Below, one piece after another: positions 41,352-53,695 of a stretch of 64,000 nucleotides of DNA (within the stretch, counting starts at the first letter, position 1; each line of letters opens with the position of its first letter). The position numbers and the translations under genes are program-made. Below the pieces are notes generated by a model. It was not told where the DNA came from, made no database searches, and was given only the letters and a program-made list of their open reading frames with translations. Origin of the DNA: the human T2T-CHM13v2.0 reference genome, Homo sapiens; the NCBI RefSeq assembly GCF_009914755.1, contig NC_060938.1; one strand, written 5' to 3'.

Positions 41352-43334
41352 ATGGGCCTACAGACCACAAAGTGGCCCAGCCATGGGGCTTTTTTCCTGA
41401 AGTCTTGGCTTATCATTTCCCTGGGGCTCTACTCACAGGTGTCCAAACTCCTGGCCTGCCCTAGTGTGTGCCGCTGCGACAGGAACTTTGTCTACTGTAA
41501 TGAGCGAAGCTTGACCTCAGTGCCTCTTGGGATCCCGGAGGGCGTAACCGTACTCTACCTCCACAACAACCAAATTAATAATGCTGGATTTCCTGCAGAA
41601 CTGCACAATGTACAGTCGGTGCACACGGTCTACCTGTATGGCAACCAACTGGACGAATTCCCCATGAACCTTCCCAAGAATGTCAGAGTTCTCCATTTGC
41701 AGGAAAACAATATTCAGACCATTTCACGGGCTGCTCTTGCCCAGCTCTTGAAGCTTGAAGAGCTGCACCTGGATGACAACTCCATATCCACAGTGGGGGT
41801 GGAAGACGGGGCCTTCCGGGAGGCTATTAGCCTCAAATTGTTGTTTTTGTCTAAGAATCACCTGAGCAGTGTGCCTGTTGGGCTTCCTGTGGACTTGCAA
41901 GAGCTGAGAGTGGATGAAAATCGAATTGCTGTCATATCCGACATGGCCTTCCAGAATCTCACGAGCTTGGAGCGTCTTATTGTGGACGGGAACCTCCTGA
42001 CCAACAAGGGTATCGCCGAGGGCACCTTCAGCCATCTCACCAAGCTCAAGGAATTTTCAATTGTACGTAATTCGCTGTCCCACCCTCCTCCCGATCTCCC
42101 AGGTACGCATCTGATCAGGCTCTATTTGCAGGACAACCAGATAAACCACATTCCTTTGACAGCCTTCTCAAATCTGCGTAAGCTGGAACGGCTGGATATA
42201 TCCAACAACCAACTGCGGATGCTGACTCAAGGGGTTTTTGATAATCTCTCCAACCTGAAGCAGCTCACTGCTCGGAATAACCCTTGGTTTTGTGACTGCA
42301 GTATTAAATGGGTCACAGAATGGCTCAAATATATCCCTTCATCTCTCAACGTGCGGGGTTTCATGTGCCAAGGTCCTGAACAAGTCCGGGGGATGGCCGT
42401 CAGGGAATTAAATATGAATCTTTTGTCCTGTCCCACCACGACCCCCGGCCTGCCTCTCTTCACCCCAGCCCCAAGTACAGCTTCTCCGACCACTCAGCCT
42501 CCCACCCTCTCTATTCCAAACCCTAGCAGAAGCTACACGCCTCCAACTCCTACCACATCGAAACTTCCCACGATTCCTGACTGGGATGGCAGAGAAAGAG
42601 TGACCCCACCTATTTCTGAACGGATCCAGCTCTCTATCCATTTTGTGAATGATACTTCCATTCAAGTCAGCTGGCTCTCTCTCTTCACCGTGATGGCATA
42701 CAAACTCACATGGGTGAAAATGGGCCACAGTTTAGTAGGGGGCATCGTTCAGGAGCGCATAGTCAGCGGTGAGAAGCAACACCTGAGCCTGGTTAACTTA
42801 GAGCCCCGATCCACCTATCGGATTTGTTTAGTGCCACTGGATGCTTTTAACTACCGCGCGGTAGAAGACACCATTTGTTCAGAGGCCACCACCCATGCCT
42901 CCTATCTGAACAACGGCAGCAACACAGCGTCCAGCCATGAGCAGACGACGTCCCACAGCATGGGCTCCCCCTTTCTGCTGGCGGGCTTGATCGGGGGCGC
43001 GGTGATATTTGTGCTGGTGGTCTTGCTCAGCGTCTTTTGCTGGCATATGCACAAAAAGGGGCGCTACACCTCCCAGAAGTGGAAATACAACCGGGGCCGG
43101 CGGAAAGATGATTATTGCGAGGCAGGCACCAAGAAGGACAACTCCATCCTGGAGATGACAGAAACCAGTTTTCAGATCGTCTCCTTAAATAACGATCAAC
43201 TCCTTAAAGGAGATTTCAGACTGCAGCCCATTTACACCCCAAATGGGGGCATTAATTACACAGACTGCCATATCCCCAACAACATGCGATACTGCAACAG
43301 CAGCGTGCCAGACCTGGAGCACTGCCATACGTGA
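41352..43334 (+). CDS. FLRT2: Fibronectin leucine-rich transmembrane protein 2, 660 aa, encoded within one exon
   Basis: The ORF has a signal-peptide-like N-terminus (MGLQTTKWPSHGAFFLKSWLIISLGLYSQVSKLLA), an LRRNT cap (CPSVCRCDRNFVYCN), about 10 LxxLxLxxNxI/L repeats and an LRRCT (NPWFCDCSIKWV...C). A Pro/Thr-rich linker, an FN3 domain and a hydrophobic TM segment (LLAGLIGGAVIFVLVVLLSVFCW) follow. The cytoplasmic tail has the FLRT-family GTKKDNSILE motif. Kozak context is good (G at -3, G at +4). I recognise the sequence as human FLRT2. Confidence 0.98.
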   Translation: MGLQTTKWPSHGAFFLKSWLIISLGLYSQVSKLLACPSVCRCDRNFVYCNERSLTSVPLGIPEGVTVLYLHNNQINNAGFPAELHNVQSVHTVYLYGNQLDEFPMNLPKNVRVLHLQENNIQTISRAALAQLLKLEELHLDDNSISTVGVEDGAFREAISLKLLFLSKNHLSSVPVGLPVDLQELRVDENRIAVISDMAFQNLTSLERLIVDGNLLTNKGIAEGTFSHLTKLKEFSIVRNSLSHPPPDLPGTHLIRLYLQDNQINHIPLTAFSNLRKLERLDISNNQLRMLTQGVFDNLSNLKQLTARNNPWFCDCSIKWVTEWLKYIPSSLNVRGFMCQGPEQVRGMAVRELNMNLLSCPTTTPGLPLFTPAPSTASPTTQPPTLSIPNPSRSYTPPTPTTSKLPTIPDWDGRERVTPPISERIQLSIHFVNDTSIQVSWLSLFTVMAYKLTWVKMGHSLVGGIVQERIVSGEKQHLSLVNLEPRSTYRICLVPLDAFNYRAVEDTICSEATTHASYLNNGSNTASSHEQTTSHSMGSPFLLAGLIGGAVIFVLVVLLSVFCWHMHKKGRYTSQKWKYNRGRRKDDYCEAGTKKDNSILEMTETSFQIVSLNNDQLLKGDFRLQPIYTPNGGINYTDCHIPNNMRYCNSSVPDLEHCHT

Positions 43335-46300
43335 CAGCCAGAGGCCCAGCGTTATCAAGGCGGACAATTAGACTCTTGAGAACACACTCGTGTGTGCACA
43401 TAAAGACACGCAGATTACATTTGATAAATGTTACACAGATGCATTTGTGCATTTGAATACTCTGTAATTTATACGGTGTACTATATAATGGGATTTAAAA
43501 AAAGTGCTATCTTTTCTATTTCAAGTTAATTACAAACAGTTTTGTAACTCTTTGCTTTTTAAATCTTAAAAAAAAAAAAGTTGCTGAAGTACTGTACAGG
43601 GTTGTACAATGAGAACCCAATGCCAAGGCAAAAAGAACGAGTGATTTTTCCTTAGGATACACATCAACCACTTTGCTGTTGAAGCTGTCAGAATAAATTC
43701 CTGGTGGTCAGATGAAAGGGCAGATTAAATGGACTCATCAGGGTAAGAGGAATAATATGGGTAAAACAAGAAATGGCCCGATAGTTTCACACTATTCCTA
43801 TACCTCCAGGTCCGGAAGACAGGTAAAAAATTCTATAATGTAAGAATGGAGGTAGTTACCCTGATTTGACCCTGTGTGGGAAATGCTGAAAGCACCAGGA
43901 GGAAGCCGGTTCCCGTGAGATAAGTTAACCCGGCCTGACAGAATCAAGAAAATTGAGATGAGATTTGAAAGGACCCGAAAATGCAGGGGTTGGCTTTCTG
44001 ACTGGGAACTTAAAAATCACTCTTCATGCTTCCCTGGTCCTATGTGATAACAGAGTTAGAGACTTGAGTCTGATTTCAGTCATCTTCAGGGACCAGTCTG
44101 ATGTTGTAGCAAGAAGACTCCCTTTAAAAGTGTTACTGTTCAAATCATATATCAGGTTGAATCACATTCAACAGAGATATATTCTAGAATACTTTTTTAG
44201 AAGAGGCTAATAAAGGGAAGAATTATATTGAATGGAATTATTTTTGATAATGAGAATTATTTGGGTAGATTCACTGAGGCTATGTCAACATGATATTTAG
44301 ACCAACAGGTGATCAATGTTTGGAAAATACAACAATGACTTATTTAAAAATTACCCTTCCTGCTATTTAGACAAAAACAACTGATCAGTGGTTCTGTTAT
44401 GTCAGCTGACTTTGTTAGTATCATGTTGAAATAGCTTGAAGTAATATCTTTTATCCCCTTGCAAATTCTTGTCTTCCAATCATCTCCCATATATTTTCAT
44501 AATTAGTTGTTTATGACACCTTTGTTTTTCTCCCTCTGTTCAGTATTTCAAGGAAAATTATGGATGCCAGTCTTGGCTGCACAAGATATCCATTACGTAC
44601 TTATACATTTTAAAATGAGTACTAATTTTCACTGCTAATAATTCTGTAAGGACACATCAAAGCTGGCCAAAATAATGAATTTTTTTTAAAAAGCAATACC
44701 TGGTTTCCACCTTGGACTGACTTTGATCCTGTTCCACTTTTGAAATTTTATTTGTTCCTTTTCCATCGTGGATGTTCCTCTACTTTGGCAATTGTGGAGG
44801 GCTAATCAATCTTATGTTAGCAGGACAACCCATGAAAAACAAGTCAGAGAGTGAAGGCTTTTTCCCCTAATCCTGGCAGAGCAGGGCGTAGAAAAGAGAG
44901 GATGTCCATGCTTAATTCTAGATACTTTTGAGACAACACCTTCAGAAAACACATAATTTAATCTTTGCCATCCTTAGATAGAGAAGGGCTATAGATCACA
45001 TACGTTATCAAAAACTACTCCCTTGGAAAAAATATCTTTCGAAAATCAAATTTAAACATTTCACTCTGTGCTGCATATTTCTTTTACCATTGACCATTAT
45101 TATAGGGACCCATGAAGTAAATGTCACAATCATCTTACTAGCTCTCTCTCTCTCAGCAAAATAAAACTGTGATGTGTCTTCTTTGTAAAAGTTTAGGTAT
45201 AAAATGCTATGCAACTTTTTCTTTATAGTAAGAGCTTTATTTTCTTTAATAATATAGCCCAACTTATATGTTTTAATCTCCCTTGTCCCTCAGAATAAGC
45301 AGAAAATATAACTGCAGCTGTATGTCGTAGACACAAGAATTGAAACTGTGCAGTCAGTAGAGCTGAACTTAGCTATGAATTAATTTAAATTAATTCTAAA
45401 GTGACTCTGGTTTCCATTTTAGTCTATTAGCTAGAGGGTTTTGGCTGTTGCTTTTTTTAAAGTTAGGTCCACACAGTGAAGGGAAAAGAGTCTGTGAAGG
45501 TGATCAGTGTAGCAGTAAGACATCTAAAATCAAGACAATGACATGGGGGCTTTGTGTACTTAGCTGGATAATTCCCTTCTACTGTCCTCTTCCCCTTGGC
45601 TGTGTAGATAAAATTGTGCATTCAAATGATGGTACTTTGACTTTTGAGGGTTTTTATTTCTGTTATTCACAAAATACTCATTCTCATTTATGTATATTGT
45701 ATGTTTAACCCCCAGTGGGATTTCTGGCTGCTGAAACCGCTTTGGGCCAGGAAGAACAAGGATGAAGAGGTTCCTGTCATTTCTTATGGGGTTCACAGAA
45801 TTATTTGGGGCTTAAATGGTACAATGGAGACAGTCATGTGCAATGCTTAAGATGGTCTGACAGGGTCCCTTTTGCTGGAGGTGTTCCTGAAGAGATTGAA
45901 CCTAGTAACAGGCTTTATTTTCACCTTGTGTACAACATGGCAAAGACTGCTAAGATTAAAATCCGTCTCCCATTTGTTACAGCCTCACCTGCACCAGGAT
46001 AGAAAGCACGTGATGGAATCTGTGATGTCTAATGTGTCTTATGAAAATTGCCAAACAACTGTCCCTGGGGATTCTGCTTTGATTGGCATTTTTAGTCATG
46101 GGAATGTATATTTGCTGATATATCTGCTCTGTGTTTGGGCCTCTCTTGCTGTCATTATGATGTATTTTGAGATGATTAGTCAAGAGTCAAGGTTGCGAGT
46201 ACAGGCCAAGACCATGGGAAAAAAAGCCATGCTCACTGGCCAATAAAGAGCTTGATGCTGCCTGGCCAAATGAGGTGACTCAGATAGAATCTGATCCCAT

Positions 46301-47762
46301 TCAGAGCTTGGTAAATGTCACTGTACAGAAGACATTGAAAAGGAAGAGGCATAGTCATGATCAAAAGGATATATTGACAGTTATCTATAGCCAGGGTAGT
46401 TGTTAATACCTGCTTGTTTGGGGAGATATGTTTGATTATAGAGAGACTCTGGGCCACCCTCAAACACCGTCAGATGCATTAGCAGCCCACTGCATGGGAC
46501 AATCGCAGGCAGATACGAGGAATGTATCCCCTGCCTATTTTCCTTGTGTAACAAATGGAAAACATTCTCCCCTGTGAGAAATAATGCAATTTCTAATTAT
46601 CTGGATGTTCGTTGAAAATATATTAGACATTCTCCCTGAGGTTAAAAACAAAAAGTACGTGACCAGTCTGGTAAGAAGTATTAATGAAGTAGCTAATATT
46701 ACAGCTTCATTTTCTACTAGCACCTATCATAATGGTCTTAGTCATTTCACACAAATCAGAACTTCCTTCCCCACCAGGGAGGACAACATCTTCATGCTGT
46801 GATTGAAGCATCCATTCAGAACACGAGGCAATATTGTAGTCCACAGGGAATGGATGCTTCACTTGATCTCCGGACCTTGGCTGCAGAGGCCATCGCAGCT
46901 TTTGAAAAGTGAAGGGGTTAATTCCCATTGGTGTCTTTGCTTATAGCATTTTTCTCTAACCTATAACAAGGAGACATTACATTTTACTTTAGAACATGAG
47001 AATAGCAGTTTTGCTCATGACTTACCATTCCAGCTGCATGGGAAAGCAAAGCAGAAAACAGTGCCCCAAATGGAAAAAAGATACTCACACAGAACAAAAC
47101 AGTTCTTGGTCTTGTTCTTGGTCTTGTCAAACCTTGCCTGATGCTCTTTCTAAAGTCAAAATATGAATGCTAAGAAGGCATAACCTACATCCTTCTCTGA
47201 TTTCTTCAGCAGGGTCAAAAGACAGTTACTAGCAATGGGGAATGCTTGTCACTGTGGAGAAAGAGTTTTGTATATGTCTGATACCGTTGTTATAACAAAA
47301 CAAATTTTTTTACTATAGTTTTTTGTTTTCTACCTGCACACCCACCAGAAGAGCACAAAGCAAGGCCATTGCAACAGGCATTTAAAAATTATTATCAAAC
47401 ATGCACATGCTTGTACACACACACACACACACACACACAAACAGGGGCATTTGTAAAGGTGTCCCTGGAATGTAAGATTTATAATGTTTAAGGCAAGGTG
47501 AAGGCATTGCCAAGTGTGTGTCGCTCATAGGACTAGTGTATATTCACTGAAAGTTAACCTGATGATTTGTTATTGTTTGAACCATATGCTGATTTGCTTC
47601 TGGTTTCTGTTTAGTGTGTTCTCTCTGATAAGGGGCTGAAAGATTCTGCATCACACATCCTCTGAGACCTACCATGTCGCACACTTTGTTAATGACAAAC
47701 TTCACTCTACACTATACAGTACCTTGTTGATATATTCAGTAAAGTCTTATTTTAAAAGAAAA
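43335..47762 (+). other. FLRT2: FLRT2 3' UTR (to candidate proximal poly(A) site; may extend further)
   Basis: About 4.4 kb after the stop codon with no recognisable interspersed repeats, unlike the flanks. It ends near an AGTAAA hexamer followed by a GU-rich element. Confidence 0.7.
47416..47439. repeat. (CA)n microsatellite in the FLRT2 3' UTR
   Basis: About 12 AC units. Confidence 0.9.
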
Positions 47763-47775
47763 CCACATTGTGTTT
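47738..47775 (+). terminator. Candidate polyadenylation signal (AGTAAA variant) with downstream GU/U-rich element
   Basis: AGTAAA at 47738-47743, A-rich putative cleavage region at about 47755-47762, ttgtgttt at 47768-47775, and upstream TGTA motifs at 47452, 47471 and 47538. Confidence 0.55.
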
Positions 47776-48139
47776 ATCTGAGTAAGTTCATTGGGATACA
47801 GTCAATACTTGTGCTGTTAATGTAGAAGAAATGACGCAGGAGGGCAGGAATAAAAGAGGTAATAGGACTTTCGTATTCTCCTATCATGAATATGACTTGC
47901 ATTTCTAAAGGCCATTTGATCCTTTTTGTGTGAGGAGTTTATATGAAATCCTCATGTTCTTTTAAATTTCCCAACTAAATTGTGTGTTCCTACGAATACC
48001 TTTTAGGTATGCACACATACACAGAGCATCTTATTTTATACTGGTGAAATCTATGTTGTTTAGGATACAGATAATGTCATTGTATTTATCCTATCAGAAT
48101 AGGCTTTTCCCCTATTTCAAAATAGATGCTATTGGCTTT

Positions 48140-48279
48140 ATTTTTTATTTTTAAATTTTTTTTAAACACGGTCTTACCATGTTGCCCAGGCTGGTCTCAA
48201 ACTCCTAGATGCAAGCAATCATCCCACCTCGATCACCCAAAGTGCTGGGAGTACAGGCAGAGGACACCATGCCCAGCCA
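48140..48279 (-). mobile_element. Free left Alu monomer (FLAM-like)
   Basis: acggtcttaccatgttgcccaggctggtctcaaactcct...catgcccagcc. TSD gctattgg. Confidence 0.85.
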
Positions 48280-50476
48280 CGCTATTGGTTTTAAATGTCA
48301 GATTTCTTTAAGAATTCTCATAGTACTTTTCTGCCGCAGAATTTATAGCACATCTGTCCATCCTTTCAATAGGCACTCAAGGAAATGTATCTATTCATAT
48401 GCTCAACTTCAATTGATTAGTCTCATATGATTTTTCAGAACCCCTTTTGCTAACCCCTCTTGGCCATTTCATTAATAATGTATTTGACAGAGATTGAATC
48501 AGGAAATAAATTCATGACATTTCAGTTAACTAGTATTACCTGTTTGTAGAATCTCTGTTGGAACATTGACTATGAAAGACAGTGCTAACAAGTAATTCAT
48601 ATTACTTTTGGGGATTTTATGTAAAGTAACATCTATGCTATTCTTGGGTACTTTTGCCAAGAGTTACAGACCTTATTCTATACAGACTAAACCATTAGTC
48701 AAAAAATACCATTCATTCAAAATAATTCATTAATGTCCTCCTACTCTGTTCCAAACACTAGGCTGAGTTCAGAGGCCTCACAGAATAGTGAAATGCGTTC
48801 TTAGCCAAATCAGGCAAATCTTCTCCCTCACTATGTCCCTGAAGAAATCTCTTCATCTGATATATTTACTATTCATCTACTTTCTACAGCACTATGTTAG
48901 GGTCTTCCGGGGATTCAGAGAAAAGTGTCTGTGAGCCATTAAGAAACTCACAGATCAGGTAATAAACACTTTTTCTAATGCATTCCAGTGTCTCAGAGCC
49001 TGCATAATCACTTTATACTACTTCATTAAATTGACAGGACATCTAAGGTGACAAAAGAGATGTTTCTACCTGTTGGTAAGGTTGATGCAACTGTCATAAT
49101 TAGATGTTCTTGGTTTTTAATAGATGCAGCAATGAGAGAGTACATTGCTAAAGTCAGAACTTAATTTGAATTAAATTTTCAAGTTTCCACCAAGTATTTG
49201 AAAACTTAGAAATTGTATTTCGTAATTACACATGCAGACATTTAAATTTTTATTAAGCACCACGATGGAACTCAATCTAAAGGAATAATGGCACCTGATA
49301 ATTACTAACAACCTTTGTTTATATAAGACCTTGTGCAAACTGTGTGATAACGTATGTTTGCATTCTGTCTTTAAAATAACCCTGTAAGGTGCGTTATTTT
49401 AATTTTTAGATTTTAAAACTTAGCTTCAAGAGAAATTAAGTGATTAGTCTATAGCTACAAATCCTGTAAATGGCAGAGTCAGGAATTACCACTGAGCATG
49501 ACTCCATGGACTCTTAATTGTTTTCCTGCCTCTTAATAAATTGACCATCCTTGAGACTGACTAGCCTTCAGATTTTTCATGATGGAGCTATCATAACTTC
49601 TCAGTGGATACATATATTATCATTTATGGCAAATAAAGGGAACATTTTAGAAGCCTCAAAATTCTTGTCTTTTAAAGCCCTTGGTCATCCATTCCTATTT
49701 TTTATAAAAATTCTTTTTGTGATTATTTGATGGCTGCACATTTATCTGATTTGAAGGTTTCAGATGGAATCAAGATATGTCTGTACCCATAGGGTGAGCT
49801 GAAAGAGCTACTAAAAGGTCTTCAGTTGGGTTATTTTTAGGAATGAATTTGTTTCGTACTTGAGATGTTGCTCTAAGTATTTTGTAGATTCCGCTGAAAA
49901 AGCACGTATGTCACAATCTATTAGGGCATTAGTAAACTGGCTTCTGAATTTATGCTCTTTTTTTTTCCCATAACATAGATAAAAATGTGTGCTTTAGGGG
50001 ATATTATATAAGCTTTATTTTCACTGGCTCTACTGAAAGTTAAGGATACAAAAGTTTTTAATGGTAATAACCCAAACTATATGTCATTTTAGCACACACA
50101 TACCAATGGGTGATCATATCTGTCTTTTTTTTTTTTTTTTTTTTTGGTATGAAGTCTAAACTAGACGAAAACCTCAATATATCCTTAGGGGAATTCTTAT
50201 TACTTCAATGACATAATAAACCTCAGTATTGGGTCACTCTTTTCCTAATATAAAAAACTATGCTGGCTCAAAAAGTCTTCTAAACTCCCTAGTTGGGATA
50301 GGATGGGCCTTTGTTGGTTTAGTTTTGATTTCATTCAGCAAATATTTACCGAGGCCTGGTAAGTTCTGGTGCAGAATAAGAATGTTTTCCAGGAGAGTTA
50401 AATTTTGCTCATCAAAAATCTTTCTTGGAAGCTGCTGGTTTTTAACCGTCAGCCTGGGCTCTTTCTGCCTCTTTGC

Positions 50477-50580
50477 TTTTTTTGAGCAGAATATGGCCAG
50501 GCTGGTCTCAAACTCCTGATCTTAGGTGATCCACCCACCTAGGCCTCCCAAAGTGCTGGGATTACAGGCATGAGCCACAC
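50477..50580 (-). mobile_element. Alu remnant (left-arm portion)
   Basis: tggccaggctggtctcaaactcctgatcttaggtgatccacccacctaggcctcccaaagtgctgggattacaggcatgagcca. Confidence 0.85.
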
Positions 50581-50909
50581 CACTGCATTTAAATAATCAG
50601 CCTAGGATTCTGCTAGTTCCAGCACCAGAGTGGCCTCTCAAATGTGTTTTCTCCTCTTGGTTCCCTGACTCTGACTTGGTTAAGACCCTTCCTTTAGTCT
50701 TTTTCTAATTTAGCCTTTCCAACACATTGAAGGACAAAGGGTAATCATAATCTATAAGGAATGCCTGAGTACGATACTGCAGTGCTTGCAAAACATGCGT
50801 TTTTATTGCTTGCAAGATAGAATTCAAACTCTTTGTGTGACTTATGTATCCTACTACATGTTGCTCCCTGACATTTCTTACCAATATTGCCTCCTCCTTC
50901 ATTACATGC

Positions 50910-50946
50910 TCTAGATTATATATATATAATTACATATATAATCTAG

Positions 50947-50982
<36 letters not shown>
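50910..50982. repeat. (TA)n microsatellite with adjacent inverted repeat
   Basis: tctagattatatat...atatataatctaga, then about 16 TA units. Confidence 0.9.
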
Positions 50983-50988
<6 letters not shown>

Positions 50989-51662
50989 GAGCAAACAAAA
51001 TGCTTTCAGTTTATCTTCCTGGGATCTCAAGTTCCTTCAAACCACTATATATGTGCTCAAGGTCTTTCATCCTGTGACATTCCCCTTTGCCTGATGACAT
51101 ATTTGTCCTTTAAGATACAAGTCAAAGACCTCTCTTCCAAAGCCGCTGGAATCACACCTGCCAATTATCTGACCGCTTTGTGCGGTTAATATAACTTTAA
51201 AATACATTTATTTTTAGCACCTATATATTGTAATTTTTTGTGAGTCTGCTTCATGCCTATACAATGGGGCCCCTGGAAACAGAAAACATATTCTGTAAAT
51301 TGTTGTACCTCATCCAGTGTTAAGAGCCATGCCCAGGCCCTGGTGGGTGCCCAGCTACAGGGGAAGAGCCACTCTGTCAGTTGCTTATGGCCAGATGGCT
51401 CTTTTTTTAATAGCCCCAGAAAGAGCTGTGGAGTTCTGACTTGTGCAAAATTAGCCTTGCTCAAAGACCACAGTATGCGTTTTACAAGAACAAACAAACA
51501 TATATATTTTCCTTAAAATCTCTTGATTACTCATCAACATTTTTAAAAGAAATTTTGTTTTTATGATTATTTGGTGGCCATGCATCTGATTTGAAAGCTT
51601 TAGATGGAATCAGTATGTCTACATTCATAGGATGTGCTGAGATAACAATTAAAAAGACCTGA

Positions 51663-51979
<317 letters not shown>

Positions 51980-52068
51980 AAGAACATCCTTTTTATATAT
52001 TACAGACAAACTCAAAACTGAACCAGCTTGCAGAAAAGCATACAAAGAGGTATCTTTAAAAATCACCT

Positions 52069-52417
<349 letters not shown>

Positions 52418-52629
52418 CTAGTCAAAATGAATTCTTTGCATGTGAAAAGCAGAGATTTTTTTTTTTCATCTTCATCAGCAAAATTAAAAAAGACAGTCAT
52501 TATTCACTATGTCATATCCCATATAAAAATACAGCATATATCATTTAAAGGTTCACATTGTGTTATCTTGGTTATTGCCATGAGAATAGTCTTTCCTAGA
52601 AATGATATGCTTGTAAAGAAGGGAGTGGA

Positions 52630-52860
52630 GAGTGGTAGTTATTAAGAAATCAGTTTGAAATCAAGCTGACTTACTTTGGAATCCTGCTTCAACCACTGAC
52701 CTGCCAATTTGCCTTGGCAATAACTTGCACTTTAGGGTTATCAGTGTACTTTTCCTAAAATGGGGACAATGATGTCTAACACATATGGTGGTTGTCAGAA
52801 TTAAAGGCATATATAGTAGTTGACAGAGTATCTGGTACTGAGTATACATTGAATAAATGA
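52630..52860 (+). mobile_element. MIR SINE
   Basis: gaatcctgcttcaaccactga...ccttggcaataacttgcac...taaaatggggacaatgat...tctggtactgagta. Confidence 0.65.
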
Positions 52861-53344
52861 CATGAAGCACCATGTATTTTTCATGCAGATGTAATTCACA
52901 AGCACATGGTGACAAATTGCCAGCTTTTTATGATGAAAATCAAATTTCTTGTGTATTGGGATAAGAATTACATGTAGAGATGATCTATTTAAAGGTAATT
53001 AGCATTCAAAATTCCTCAAAACACTCAATAATTTGCACAGCTATTATCAAGATGGGTCTGTCAGAAAGGTTTTCATTATTCTGTATTCTTTCTGGGGGAA
53101 AAAAATTGGGAAGATGAGGTGCCATGGGATAACACACAACCATGGCAGGCCTTTTTTCTCATGGTGAGTGGGATCATTGAACAACATGGTTGAACAGAAA
53201 GAGAACAGACTTCTTTATAATGTAGCATATATTCTATCTGGTTGCTAGAGTACACATAGATGTAGTTATTGCTGAAAATTAATTCAGAATATGTGGGTGT
53301 CAAAAGAGCCCCAGGAATGAGCATTCAGAAGGCATTGGAAATCA

Positions 53345-53695
<351 letters not shown>

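Noticed and set aside
41724-43452. Antisense ORFs overlapping FLRT2 (for example 41724-42035, 42227-42493, 42408-42728, 43185-43367)
   Set aside because: Shadow ORFs are expected opposite a GC-richer coding sequence, and none has a recognisable domain.
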